From the NCBI GenBank assembly GCA_964465205.1, contig CAYXJO010000005.1, positions 4,552 to 68,551 on the forward strand: a DNA stretch of 64,000 bases, in the 5' to 3' direction. Origin of the DNA: an uncultured Gammaproteobacteria bacterium. GTDB taxonomy: Bacteria > Patescibacteriota > Patescibacteriia > Magasanikbacterales > GWA2-37-8. Below the pieces are notes generated by a model. That model saw only the letters and a list, made by a program, of their open reading frames with translations. It made no database searches and was not told the DNA's origin. Both the position numbers and the translations under genes were made by a program. Below, one piece after another: positions 16,000-26,082 of the stretch; position 1 is the first letter of the stretch; each line of letters opens with the position of its first letter.

Positions 16000-17511
16000 A
16001 TGTCTAAAAATAAATATTATCTCACTACTACGTTACCGTATGTAAATGCCAAACCTCATATTGGTTTTGCTTTGGAAATTATTCAGGCGGATGTTTTGGC
16101 GCGTTATCATATGTTGCGCGGCGCTGAAGTGGTTTTCAATACCGGCACCGATGAACATGGTGTCAAAATTTATCGTAAAGCCCAAGAAGAGGGTGTGGAC
16201 ACTCAGGCTTATTGCGATGAATATGCGGCCAAATTCGACGCGCTCAAATCTGCACTTAATTTATCTTACAATAAATTTATCCGCACTACCGATCCGCATC
16301 ATGTGGTGGCTGCTCAAGAGTTTTGGAAATTATGCGAACAACACGGCGATATTTACAAAAAGAAATACCAAGTGAAATATTGCGTGGGTTGTGAACTGGA
16401 AAAAACCGATTCCGAATTGGTAGATGGCAAATGTCCGGTGCACCCAAATCTGGAATTGGAATTAATCGATGAAGAAAATTATTTTTTTCGTTTTTCCAAA
16501 TACCAGCAAGCACTATTGGATCTATATGATAAAAATCCGGATTTCGTGATCCCAGACAATAGACAGCTGGAAATTCGGAATTTCGTAGCCAATGGTCTGC
16601 AAGATTTTTCTATTTCACGCGTGAAAGAAAAAATGCCCTGGGGCATACCGGTGCCGGGTGACGATGCCCAGGTGATGTATGTGTGGTTTGACGCGTTGGT
16701 TAATTATATATCCACTTTGGGGTGGCCCAACGATGCTCGCAGTTTTGCCGATTTTTGGCCGGGTATACAGGTAGCAGGTAAAGATAATTTACGCCAACAA
16801 AGTGCCATGTGGCAGGCGATGTTGTTGTCCGCACAATTGCCCACCAGTAAACAGATATTTATTCATGGATTTGTTACTTCGGGTGGACAAAAAATGAGTA
16901 AATCGCTCGGCAACGTGATTGATCCGTTTGAGGTAGTGGCCAAATACGGCACCGATGCCACCAGGTATTTTTTACTGGGCGCGATTCCGGCGCATGATGA
17001 TGGTGATGCCACTGATGAAAAAATCAAAGAATTTTACGGTGTACATCTTGCCAACGGTATTGGTAATTTAAACTCACGCATTATTACCATGATTGAAAAT
17101 TATTGCGGGGGAGTAGTGCCTGAAAGTTTTCTCAAAGCTGATATTGCCGGACCGATTTTGTGGCAACCTGGGTATGACATGTATTTAAAAAAATATCAAT
17201 TTGAATTAGTTGTGAATAGTGTGATGCGCTTAGTTAATTTTTGTGACGGTATTATATCCGAACAAAAACCCTGGGAAAAATACAAAAAAGGCGAAGATGT
17301 GTCCGGGTTGCTCTATCAACTTGCCGAAGCGTTGCGTCATATTGGTGTGGCGCTATTACCAATCATGCCGGATACAGCACAAAAAATATTAGCTCAATTT
17401 GGAATTAAAATTGATTATAATAATTTTGATTGGGAAAATGAAATAATTTGGGGCAAACTAACTACTGGAACCAAAGTCAATAAATGTGCGGCGCTTTTTC
17501 CGCGCATGTAA
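16000..17511 (+). CDS. metG: Methionine--tRNA ligase
   Basis: PHIGF, GTDEHG, YVWFDAL, KMSKS. Confidence 0.96.
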   Translation: MSKNKYYLTTTLPYVNAKPHIGFALEIIQADVLARYHMLRGAEVVFNTGTDEHGVKIYRKAQEEGVDTQAYCDEYAAKFDALKSALNLSYNKFIRTTDPHHVVAAQEFWKLCEQHGDIYKKKYQVKYCVGCELEKTDSELVDGKCPVHPNLELELIDEENYFFRFSKYQQALLDLYDKNPDFVIPDNRQLEIRNFVANGLQDFSISRVKEKMPWGIPVPGDDAQVMYVWFDALVNYISTLGWPNDARSFADFWPGIQVAGKDNLRQQSAMWQAMLLSAQLPTSKQIFIHGFVTSGGQKMSKSLGNVIDPFEVVAKYGTDATRYFLLGAIPAHDDGDATDEKIKEFYGVHLANGIGNLNSRIITMIENYCGGVVPESFLKADIAGPILWQPGYDMYLKKYQFELVVNSVMRLVNFCDGIISEQKPWEKYKKGEDVSGLLYQLAEALRHIGVALLPIMPDTAQKILAQFGIKIDYNNFDWENEIIWGKLTTGTKVNKCAALFPRM

Positions 17512-17586
17512 TTGCGCTCTTTACAACTAAAGTGGGTGATGTTGCCCGCTTTTGCCGACCACACCCTTAACGAAAGGAGGTGTGAC

Positions 17587-17880
17587 ATGTGGTCGCATAT
17601 ACTCGATCGTTGTGTGCGGGAGATCCAGGTGGGTGGACCGGGAACAAAGCGATACCAGTTGGCGCTACTGGCATTGCGGCGGCGGCTTTTGGGTATGTTG
17701 TACAGCGTCCGGCGAAATAATTTGGAGCAGCAAATCGCCGTGCTGCGCACAGAGGTGGTAGAGTTGCGGGCCCAACAACAGCGATCGTATTCCTATGCAG
17801 TTGCCAATAGGATTCAGTCCAAGTTGTGGACGTGGCGCGCACTCGCCGAAGAATTGGAAGATCTTGTGTTTAAATTTTAA
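17587..17880 (+). CDS. Orphan coiled-coil hypothetical protein
   Basis: SD AAAGGAGG before ATG; GC-richer than neighbours. Confidence 0.6.
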   Translation: MWSHILDRCVREIQVGGPGTKRYQLALLALRRRLLGMLYSVRRNNLEQQIAVLRTEVVELRAQQQRSYSYAVANRIQSKLWTWRALAEELEDLVFKF

Positions 17881-18001
17881 CGGAGGCGCTATGATAACAG
17901 CACATCCACTTCGGGGCGTTAAAACGTTTTTGGTCTTGGTTTTTACCAAACACGTTGCGCCCCCTTATTTGCTTTTTATTTATTATTAATTAGTTAGTTT
18001 T

Positions 18002-18526
18002 ATGTCTATTTTTGACATTGTACTAATTGTGATTATTGCCGGGTTTGCACTCGCTGGTTTGTGGTTTGGTATTGTGCACACTATTGTCTCGTTAGCCGGT
18101 TCGGTGATAGCTACTTATTTGGCTACACGTTATTACGCTCCGGTAGCGGATTGGCTAATCGGTGTTACCGGTTGGAATCCAAATTTTTCTCGAGTAGCCA
18201 TCTTCATTGTTGCTTTTATTTTGATCAATCGTTTGGTGGTTTTAATTTTTTGGCTAATCAATAAAATACTCAAAATGTTCACCGGATTGCCAGTAATAAA
18301 AGCGGCCGATCGCGCGTTGGGCGCTCTGTTTGGCATCTTAGAAGGTGTGTTAATTTTGGGTATATTCTTTTATTTTATTGTCCGTTATCCAATTGGACAA
18401 ATGTTTATGGATTGGATCGCTACTTCCCAAGTGATGCCGTATTTGGATAAAGTGACAGCAATTGTCATGCCCTTATTGCCAGATGCGCTGCGACTCATAC
18501 GTAGTACTATTGAAGGTTTATTTTAA
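18002..18526 (+). CDS. CvpA family membrane protein
   Basis: FDIVLIVII...DRALGALFGILEG. Confidence 0.85.
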   Translation: MSIFDIVLIVIIAGFALAGLWFGIVHTIVSLAGSVIATYLATRYYAPVADWLIGVTGWNPNFSRVAIFIVAFILINRLVVLIFWLINKILKMFTGLPVIKAADRALGALFGILEGVLILGIFFYFIVRYPIGQMFMDWIATSQVMPYLDKVTAIVMPLLPDALRLIRSTIEGLF

Positions 18527-18530
18527 AAAT

Positions 18531-18878
18531 ATGTTGCTTATTCAGATCGTTTTAGTAGTTTTTTTCTTGTTTGCAATACTCAAAGTATTTGGGCGTTATC
18601 GCACCAATGATTTGCGGTTGTTCGGGTTAATTTTTTGGACCGTATTCTGGATAGCTGCCGGATTGGTGGTGCTCTGGCCCAATTCCACCATGCAATTGGC
18701 AAATCTGCTCGGTGTTGGTCGAGGGGTTGATGCGATTATTTATCTCGCGCTGGCTTTGTTGTTTTTTATCTTTTTTCGCATCACTGTTCAAGTCGAGCGT
18801 TTGTCGCGTGATGTTACCAAATTAACTCGCAAAATCGCTTTGTTGGAAGAAAAAAATCGCGATACTAATCCAAAGTAG
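18531..18878 (+). CDS. DUF2304 family membrane protein
   Basis: LANLLGVGRGVDAIIY...ERLSRDVTKLTRKIAL. Confidence 0.8.
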   Translation: MLLIQIVLVVFFLFAILKVFGRYRTNDLRLFGLIFWTVFWIAAGLVVLWPNSTMQLANLLGVGRGVDAIIYLALALLFFIFFRITVQVERLSRDVTKLTRKIALLEEKNRDTNPK

Positions 18879-18879
18879 T

Positions 18880-19368
18880 ATGCGCGTTTTCCATATTATA
18901 CCGGCGGCATTTAATTATTTTGATGATATTCAAGACGCAGCTTTTAAATTGATTGATGAATTGAACGATTTGGGAATCGAAGTAGACGCCACCACTATCC
19001 AATATGGAACAGTAAAAAAATCCGCTGAGCGTCATATACAGAAAATAGCGCCCTCACGCGAGTATGTTGGAAATATGTCGGTAGCCGAAGCAATAGAGCG
19101 TAGTGCAGATTATGATATTATTCATGTGCACTGTCCGCTATTTGGAGTGGCCGGGAAAATTTTGAACATTAAGCACAGATTTCCACACAAACCACTGGTT
19201 GTGACTTATTATCGTGGTGTGCATTGGCAGGATTTCTTTAGCGGTTTGATCAAACTATACAACTACTACTATTTGCCCAGATTGACCAAACAAGCTGATG
19301 CAGTTATAGCAACCGACGTCTCACCGCAACAAGTTGCAGATTTATATGAAGAATTGTTAAATACTTGA
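18880..19368 (+). CDS. GT4 glycosyltransferase N-terminal domain only
   Basis: YDIIHVH, PLVVTY, ADAVIA; only 162 aa. Confidence 0.6.
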   Translation: MRVFHIIPAAFNYFDDIQDAAFKLIDELNDLGIEVDATTIQYGTVKKSAERHIQKIAPSREYVGNMSVAEAIERSADYDIIHVHCPLFGVAGKILNIKHRFPHKPLVVTYYRGVHWQDFFSGLIKLYNYYYLPRLTKQADAVIATDVSPQQVADLYEELLNT

Positions 19369-19472
19369 CATCGGACTGATTATCCACTTGACTCAATCGG
19401 TCGTGATTGATAAAATTAGTAGGTGAATTAGTTGCAAAACCAATTTTTTAATAACTTAATTTAAATAAATTT

Positions 19473-20303
19473 ATGTCAGAAAGTAAAAAAACTTTTTTTG
19501 AAAGTTTGGATCCGAAAAGCGCTTTGGTGGTTGGTTTGGTAGGTGGGTTATTAGTAATCGGTACGATAGGTTTTGTAGTATTGGGCACAATGGCTCTACG
19601 TGGAGGAGTAAACTGCGGAGTGAAGGCGACCACCGCAGGTACAGTGTCTTTACAGACGCCGACTGGTGATAACACCCAAGATGCTCAACCGGCAGTGCAA
19701 GTTAGCGCTCCGAAAGCAGACAAGCCGGTGGCGGAAGTTTTTGTTATGTCATATTGCCCTTATGGCATTCAGATGGAACAGGCGGTTTTGCCGGTTATGG
19801 ATTTGCTCAAAAACAAAGCTGATATTTCTGTCAAATTTGTGTCTTACGCCATGCATGGTTTGAAAGAGGTTGAAGAGAATACTCGTCAATATTGTATCCA
19901 AAAAGATCAACCGAGCAAGTTTGTTGCATATCTTAAATGTTTTGTTGGTTCACAAGACTATGCTAGTTGTTTGAATGCGGCTGGTGTAAATAAGGGTGCG
20001 GTGGATACTTGTGTGGCTTCGGCCAATAAGCAGTTTGGTATTATGGATAAATACAATGATCAAACTACTTGGTTGAGCGGTCGTTATCCGATTTATCCCA
20101 TTCATGAAGATTTGAATCAAAAATATGGTGTAGAAGGCTCGCCGACATTTATATTGAATGGAGCTCAGGTAAACGTGGGTCGTACCCCCGAGGCTGTGAA
20201 ACAGGCTATTTGCAGTACCTTCAATAAGGCACCGAGTGAGTGTGCTACCGTATTGGCTGGTGCTGGTGCGGCGACGGCAGCCACTGGTGGTTGTGGTGAA
20301 TAA
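19473..20303 (+). CDS. Membrane-anchored thioredoxin/DsbA-like protein
   Basis: N-terminal TM, MSYCPYG, YGVEGSPTFILNG. Confidence 0.75.
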   Translation: MSESKKTFFESLDPKSALVVGLVGGLLVIGTIGFVVLGTMALRGGVNCGVKATTAGTVSLQTPTGDNTQDAQPAVQVSAPKADKPVAEVFVMSYCPYGIQMEQAVLPVMDLLKNKADISVKFVSYAMHGLKEVEENTRQYCIQKDQPSKFVAYLKCFVGSQDYASCLNAAGVNKGAVDTCVASANKQFGIMDKYNDQTTWLSGRYPIYPIHEDLNQKYGVEGSPTFILNGAQVNVGRTPEAVKQAICSTFNKAPSECATVLAGAGAATAATGGCGE

Positions 20304-20335
20304 TTTACTTTTTTAACAATAACCTACTTAAATGT

Positions 20336-20644
20336 ATGGGAAATTTTAAAAAAGGTTTAGTATTAGGCGGTTTGGTTGGCGCGGCGCTTATGTGGTTGAA
20401 CGTTACCCCAAAGGGTAAAGAAATGCGCGCCAAGATGTTGTCTCACGTGAACGCGCTTTATGGTGAGCTTAAAGAAAGCCTCATGCAATTAGAGGGGCCT
20501 ACGCAAGAGATGTATGATGCTTTGGTAGAACGAGCGGTAACAGAGTATGCCGCCAAAAAAGAATTAGCGATAGAAATGAAAAATTCCATGATTCGTGAAT
20601 TAAAAAAACGTTGGGTTGCTCTCGAGAAAGAATTAAAAAAATAG
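20336..20644 (+). CDS. YtxH-like protein
   Basis: GLVLGGLVGAA...TPKGKEMR. Confidence 0.7.
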   Translation: MGNFKKGLVLGGLVGAALMWLNVTPKGKEMRAKMLSHVNALYGELKESLMQLEGPTQEMYDALVERAVTEYAAKKELAIEMKNSMIRELKKRWVALEKELKK

Positions 20645-20665
20645 GCTAAATAAAAAACCAAAAAT

Positions 20666-21829
20666 ATGCGATCTAATAGGGGACTTAAATTAGTATTGCT
20701 AACTTTTTTGGTTTTTTTTATTGCTGGCTGCGGTACTACCAAACAACCTGGTTTGCCGGTGCCAGAAGATTATAATCAATTGGTGTCGGAAACGACTGGT
20801 AAATTACCTATTAGCGGTGATAATTTGGATATCAGTAGTTGGAGTAAATATGCCAAGCGCGCTTACGGTTTGGCATTTGAATATCCATCTAATTGGTGGA
20901 TGCGAGTGTCGCCACAAGGAAGTAACTCGGCTTTGGTGAGTTTGGGTAATTTGAGCTGTGGTTTGCAGTGCCCGCCTCAATTTGTCGGGATAGAAATTAA
21001 ATCCGGTATTAGACGAAATACCAGCACGGATTTTGCCGACTGGATTAAGACCGCAGTGTCCAAAGGCGAAATTGCTGGGTTACCACCCGGTTCTAAATTG
21101 GATTCGTCCAAATTGGGCAAACGCAGTGCTTGGTTGGTCAACAAAAGCGTAATTGCGGGAGCGATAGACGGGCAAACATACTTGATTGAACAAGACGAAA
21201 CGCATTATGCCTATGTTAGTATTGGCTTAAACAATTTGCTGCCCAAAGCCAGATCAATTGTGGATAAAATTATAAATACTGTAAAAATAGCGCGCTTACC
21301 GGTCGATTTGTCTACACTAGCCGGTAATGGTGTTGATACTGGGGACGGTATTATAGAAGAAGGTGCAAGTATAGATAATGATAATTTTGTGGCACAGGTC
21401 GGAGAGAAGCGCTATCTCAATAATTACTATCGTTTTAGTTTGGTTTTTCCGGGGAATTGTAAATTGCTAAATGTTACAGAAGATGTGGATATGCCGATTC
21501 AGTTGGAGCTGTCTTTGTGCAGCTCTAATGGAGAATCTCCTAAAATGGGGGTTAGAATTTATAAAGATACCTCGGCCGATGTGGTGGCACAATCGATTTT
21601 TGGTGCACGTGGGCTCAATACTTATCGCGACGGAGAAACCAAAATCATGTTAGCTGATAGTGTGATTGGTAAAAATATCAATTTATTGGCTGGGGAAAAT
21701 CGCTTACCTGAGCGTTGGGTGATCGCCGAACGTGCCAACATCGTTTATGTATTGTACACGCTGGATAATACATCACCTTATAAAGGTTGGTTTGACTTTG
21801 TGATTAGAAAATTTAAGTTTTTATATTAA
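20666..21829 (+). CDS. Lipoprotein with PsbP-like repeats
   Basis: Lipobox IAGC; YGLAFEYPSNW and YRFSLVFP. Confidence 0.65.
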   Translation: MRSNRGLKLVLLTFLVFFIAGCGTTKQPGLPVPEDYNQLVSETTGKLPISGDNLDISSWSKYAKRAYGLAFEYPSNWWMRVSPQGSNSALVSLGNLSCGLQCPPQFVGIEIKSGIRRNTSTDFADWIKTAVSKGEIAGLPPGSKLDSSKLGKRSAWLVNKSVIAGAIDGQTYLIEQDETHYAYVSIGLNNLLPKARSIVDKIINTVKIARLPVDLSTLAGNGVDTGDGIIEEGASIDNDNFVAQVGEKRYLNNYYRFSLVFPGNCKLLNVTEDVDMPIQLELSLCSSNGESPKMGVRIYKDTSADVVAQSIFGARGLNTYRDGETKIMLADSVIGKNINLLAGENRLPERWVIAERANIVYVLYTLDNTSPYKGWFDFVIRKFKFLY

Positions 21830-21844
21830 TCTCTTCTGCAAAAC

Positions 21845-21874
21845 AAAAAGCCTCGATTTAGTCGAGGCTTTTTT
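21845..21874. terminator. Bidirectional terminator overlapping the recJ stop
   Basis: AAAAGCCTCGA-tttag-TCGAGGCTTTT. Confidence 0.75.
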
Positions 21875-23669
21875 TGATATCTTCAATTTTTAATTCTAGT
21901 TCACGATTACCATTCCATTCATTCACATCAATAGTGAAAGCTAAATCAATTTTATCATTCGGATGGAGTGTGACGCGCCAATTTTCCGGGTGGCGAGTAG
22001 TGTCGCCGAAGCCAAAGGCGATAGTTTTGCGCACGGTATGTGAATTGTGTTTGACCATTAGGCGTAAATGTTTACCATCTTGTCCTACGGGATCGGCTGA
22101 CACCAGTGTGAGGCCGCGTGCGGCATAGGTCGGTTCGGGGTTGTTCATACCAAAAGGTTCAAATTTTTGTAATAAATCATATAATTTCCAATTCACATCT
22201 TCCAGATTCACTTCAGCATCAATTTCGATTTGAGGAATAAGTTCGACATTTTCAAGTTCAGTTTTGGCTTTTTTGGTGATAGTGTTTTTAAATTTTTCTA
22301 AAGTTTTTTTATCAGCAATAGATAATCCGGCCGCTTGTGGGTGTCCGCCGAATTTGATAAAAAACTGAGGCATGCTTTGAATGGCAGCGATAAGATTGAA
22401 CTCGGCGATGCTGCGTCCTGAGCCCACGATATCTCCGTCTGCGCTTTTACCCAAAGCTATTACTGGTTTATAGAATTCATCTTTTAATTTACCGGCCACT
22501 AGTCCCAAAATACCGGTTGTCCAATTTTCATCAAAAACAAACAAAACAGGAGCATCAGTTTGTTTGGTGGTGGCGATTTGTTCGCGTGCAGCACTAACGA
22601 TCTGTTCGGTTAGCTTTTGTCTGTCGGTATTATTTTTATTGAGTTGTTCGGCTAATTTTTTCGCAGTAACCTTGTCGTCAGACATCAATAATTCAAAAGC
22701 GGCGTTGGCATGTTCCATACGACCAGCAGCGTTGAGGCGTGGTACGATTTGGAAACCGATAGTATGGGTGTCGCAAACGCGTTTGAGTTTGCCGCTTTCA
22801 TCGGCAATACCAGTGGTCACGAACAGTTCGCGCAATCCGATATTTTTGGTTTTATTTAATACGGTTAATCCATAGCGCGTGAGTGTGCGGCTTTCACCAA
22901 TGAGAGGTACCATATCACCCACGGTCGCAATCGCCACCAGATCAAGCAGCCACTTTTCGAAACCTTCGCAGGATTCTTGTTCGGATAATTTGCCAAAAGT
23001 GTTAGCACAGTGTTTTTGCAATAGTGCTTGAGCAAGTTTGAAAGCCACACCTGCGCCACAAAGTCCTTTGTCTGGATATGTTTCTCCGGGTAATTTGGGG
23101 TGGATAATAGCATCTGCTGGTGGCAGGTCGGCAGGTATGGCATGGTGGTCGGTGACGATTACTTGCATGCCTAGCTCTTTTGCCAGTTTGATTTCTTCCA
23201 GATTACTTACTCCACAATCACAGGTGATGATTAAATTGGTTTTATGTTTTTGGTGTAAATGAGTAATGGTGTTTTTGTTTAATCCGTAGCCGTCGATTTC
23301 TCGGTGTGGTAAAAATACCCTTGTGCCTTCTTCGTTTTCTTTTTCTGTAAACGGTTTGGCTCCCAGTTTCAGTATGGTTTTTACAAGAATTGTGGCGGCA
23401 CATACACCATCAGCATCATAATCGCCGTGCACGGTGATGTTTTTGTGATTTTGTATAGCGTCAAAAATAATTGCAATCGCTTTGTCCATATCGCGAAAAA
23501 GAAAAGGATCGTGAATGTCGGAGGAGTAATCGGGGTTTATAAATTCATCAATTTGTGTCTGGGTTTGGATGCCGCGAGTATACAAAAGACGCGCCACAAT
23601 CGGCGGTAATTCGGGATGATCGGAAATAAATTGTTCAGGTGGTGTCGATTTGATAATCCATTTCTTCAT
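21858..23669 (-). CDS. recJ: ssDNA exonuclease RecJ
   Basis: GDYDADG, TDHH, PRLNAAGR, GGHPQAAG. Confidence 0.96.
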   Translation of the reverse strand: MKKWIIKSTPPEQFISDHPELPPIVARLLYTRGIQTQTQIDEFINPDYSSDIHDPFLFRDMDKAIAIIFDAIQNHKNITVHGDYDADGVCAATILVKTILKLGAKPFTEKENEEGTRVFLPHREIDGYGLNKNTITHLHQKHKTNLIITCDCGVSNLEEIKLAKELGMQVIVTDHHAIPADLPPADAIIHPKLPGETYPDKGLCGAGVAFKLAQALLQKHCANTFGKLSEQESCEGFEKWLLDLVAIATVGDMVPLIGESRTLTRYGLTVLNKTKNIGLRELFVTTGIADESGKLKRVCDTHTIGFQIVPRLNAAGRMEHANAAFELLMSDDKVTAKKLAEQLNKNNTDRQKLTEQIVSAAREQIATTKQTDAPVLFVFDENWTTGILGLVAGKLKDEFYKPVIALGKSADGDIVGSGRSIAEFNLIAAIQSMPQFFIKFGGHPQAAGLSIADKKTLEKFKNTITKKAKTELENVELIPQIEIDAEVNLEDVNWKLYDLLQKFEPFGMNNPEPTYAARGLTLVSADPVGQDGKHLRLMVKHNSHTVRKTIAFGFGDTTRHPENWRVTLHPNDKIDLAFTIDVNEWNGNRELELKIEDIKKSLD

Positions 23670-23696
23670 AAATCATCAGAGTGTGAAACAATAAAA

Positions 23697-24089
23697 TTAT
23701 TTTTTTACAATGTTACCAAAAGTCATGGCTGTAAAATCCCAGTAACTATCTGCGAGGAAAATTGTAAAGGCGAGAAACAAAGCATTGATGGACCAGTAGT
23801 CAGAAGCGGGGACAGGTGTCTCGTATGAAGCGAAAATCATGACACCGAGCACTATCCAATAGGCGAGTGATTTGCCGGTGAGATAACGGCGATCACCGAT
23901 GCTGATAGTGGCGCGTACACGAATGAGTCCGGTGATATATAAAATCAAAAGCGGAGTCATGACATACCATTCATAGTCGTGCGGGTCCACGCCAATAAAT
24001 TTGAGAAAATAAAACATTGCCCATGTAAGTAGGAGTAGAGCAAAAAATAAGAATATAATATCCAGTTGGTATTTGCGCAGTATTTGCAT
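23697..24089 (-). CDS. Hypothetical membrane protein
   Basis: Four hydrophobic segments, operonic position. Confidence 0.65.
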   Translation of the reverse strand: MQILRKYQLDIIFLFFALLLLTWAMFYFLKFIGVDPHDYEWYVMTPLLILYITGLIRVRATISIGDRRYLTGKSLAYWIVLGVMIFASYETPVPASDYWSINALFLAFTIFLADSYWDFTAMTFGNIVKK

Positions 24090-24090
24090 A

Positions 24091-24186
24091 TTAACGGAAT
24101 GCGGGTGCGACGGTGAAGAGTACCATTGCGAAAATTCCGATAATAGCGACTAGTGCCCAGAGGGCTTTGATGGTTTTGTGTTTCAC
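24091..24186 (-). CDS. 31-aa single-TM small protein
   Basis: GTG start, MKHKTIKALWALVAIIGIFAMVLFTVAPAFR; stop 1 nt before the next ATG. Confidence 0.6.
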   Translation of the reverse strand: MKHKTIKALWALVAIIGIFAMVLFTVAPAFR

Positions 24187-24221
24187 ATGATTTTACTTAC
24201 GTGTCGATTCGGTATTTTTAT

Positions 24222-24250
24222 TCGCTCCTTGTGCTTCGCAGTGTCGCTAC
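24222..24250 (-). repeat. 29-nt dispersed repeat, copy 1 (in a hairpin loop)
   Basis: Reverse complement identical to 41314-41342. Confidence 0.9.
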
Positions 24251-24277
24251 ACAAAAATCCGAATCTTCACTTTAAAA

Positions 24278-26077
24278 TTATCTTTTAAGCACCGCCAAAT
24301 ATGTCTCGGTGGGAATATCTACCTTACCGTGTGACAACATGCGGCTTTTGCCTTTTTTCTGTTTTTGCAATAATTTCATTTTACGCGTGTAATCGCCGCC
24401 GGACATTTTGGCCAAAACATCTTTACGTAGGGCCGACAGTCGTTCGGCCGCAATAACTTTGCCGCCGATAGACGCTTGTAATTTTACCACAAATTGTTGG
24501 CGAGGCAAACTGTCTTTGAGTGATTCGACGATTTTTTTGCCGGTTTTGTAGGCCTCGTCACGCCACACCAGCGTGGTTAGTTCTTCCACTGGTTCGTCAG
24601 CTACTGCGATATCCAGTTTTACCACGTCGGTCGGTTCGTAGTTTTTGTATTCATAATTCATACTAGCATAGCCACTCGTGACCGTCTTTAGTTTGTCATA
24701 AAAATCCGTGATCAAAGACGCGAGAGGGATTTCATAATGTAGTAGCGCGCGCTGATCGGCACCGGTGGATAAGTATTCGGTATTCAAATATCTACCCTTA
24801 CGTTCGGCGATCAGCCCCATGATAGCTCCCACATAATCTTTGGGAGTGATAATGTCCAAAGTCATCCAAGGCTCGGTGATTTCTCGCAGGTGTGCCGGAT
24901 CAGGCATAGTTTGTGGGCTTTTTACCACAATTTGTTCGTTATTGGTTTTGGTAATATGATAGGCAACGCTGGGTACTGTAATAATAATATCAATATCAAA
25001 TTCACGACGTAGGCGTTCTTGGAAAATGTCTAAATGCAGCATACCAAGAAATCCACAACGAAACCCAAATCCGAGGGCATGTGAGTGTTCTGGTTCAAAA
25101 GATAGTGCCGAGTCGCTTAATTTTAATTTTTCAATGGCGTCGCGTAATTCTCCGTAAGCATCACCTTCCTTTGGAAATATTCCGGCAAATACCATAGCTT
25201 TGACATCTTTGTATCCGGGCAGGGGATTACTGACTACTCCTCGGTCATTTTCTTTACTAAATATAGTAATTGTGTCGCCTACACGACAATCCGTGACTTT
25301 TTTTAAGCCAGTGACAATATAGCCGGTGTTACCGTTTTCCAATTTGGGTTGTGGAGAAAATTTGGGAGTATAGTAACCAACTTCAATAGCTTCGGCCGGA
25401 GTGTGGGTGGACATGAGAAAAATCTTGTCGCCTTTATTGATGTTTCCGTCTACCACACGCACGGCGGCCACTACTCCACGATATTCATCGTACATCGAAT
25501 CAAATATCAATGCGCGCAGTGGTTCGGATGCGGTGTTGATTGGTGGCGGTACTTGTTGTATTACGGATTGTAATATTTTTTCTACACCCTCGCCGGTTTT
25601 GGCCGAACATAAAATAATTTCTTCTTCTTTACAACCCAATAAGTGAATTATCTCGGCTTTGGTTTTGGGTACGTTCGAAATCGGCATGTCAATTTTATTG
25701 ATTACTGGAATGATGGTGAGGTTTTGTTCGAGTGCCAAGTACAAATTACCAATAGTTTGCGCTTGTACGCCTTGGGTAGCATCTACAAGCAGTATCGCAC
25801 CTTCCACAGCCGCTAGTGATCGAGACACTTCATAATTGAAATCTACGTGTCCGGGGGTATCAATCAAATTCAAAACGTATTCACCATAGTTCATGCGTAC
25901 CGGCGTGAGTTTGATCGTGATACCGCGCTCACGTTCCAAATCCATCGAATCCAGTAATTGTGCTTTCATGTCGCGTTTGTTCACCGTGCCAGTCAATTCC
26001 AAAAATCGATCAGCCAGCGTAGATTTGCCGTGATCAATGTGAGCGATTATACAGAAATTTCTAATATTAGCATTCAT
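24278..26077 (-). CDS. lepA: Elongation factor 4
   Basis: AHIDHGKSTLADR, DTPGHVDF, GFRCGFLGMLH. Confidence 0.97.
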   Translation of the reverse strand: MNANIRNFCIIAHIDHGKSTLADRFLELTGTVNKRDMKAQLLDSMDLERERGITIKLTPVRMNYGEYVLNLIDTPGHVDFNYEVSRSLAAVEGAILLVDATQGVQAQTIGNLYLALEQNLTIIPVINKIDMPISNVPKTKAEIIHLLGCKEEEIILCSAKTGEGVEKILQSVIQQVPPPINTASEPLRALIFDSMYDEYRGVVAAVRVVDGNINKGDKIFLMSTHTPAEAIEVGYYTPKFSPQPKLENGNTGYIVTGLKKVTDCRVGDTITIFSKENDRGVVSNPLPGYKDVKAMVFAGIFPKEGDAYGELRDAIEKLKLSDSALSFEPEHSHALGFGFRCGFLGMLHLDIFQERLRREFDIDIIITVPSVAYHITKTNNEQIVVKSPQTMPDPAHLREITEPWMTLDIITPKDYVGAIMGLIAERKGRYLNTEYLSTGADQRALLHYEIPLASLITDFYDKLKTVTSGYASMNYEYKNYEPTDVVKLDIAVADEPVEELTTLVWRDEAYKTGKKIVESLKDSLPRQQFVVKLQASIGGKVIAAERLSALRKDVLAKMSGGDYTRKMKLLQKQKKGKSRMLSHGKVDIPTETYLAVLKR

Positions 26078-26082
26078 ATTTA

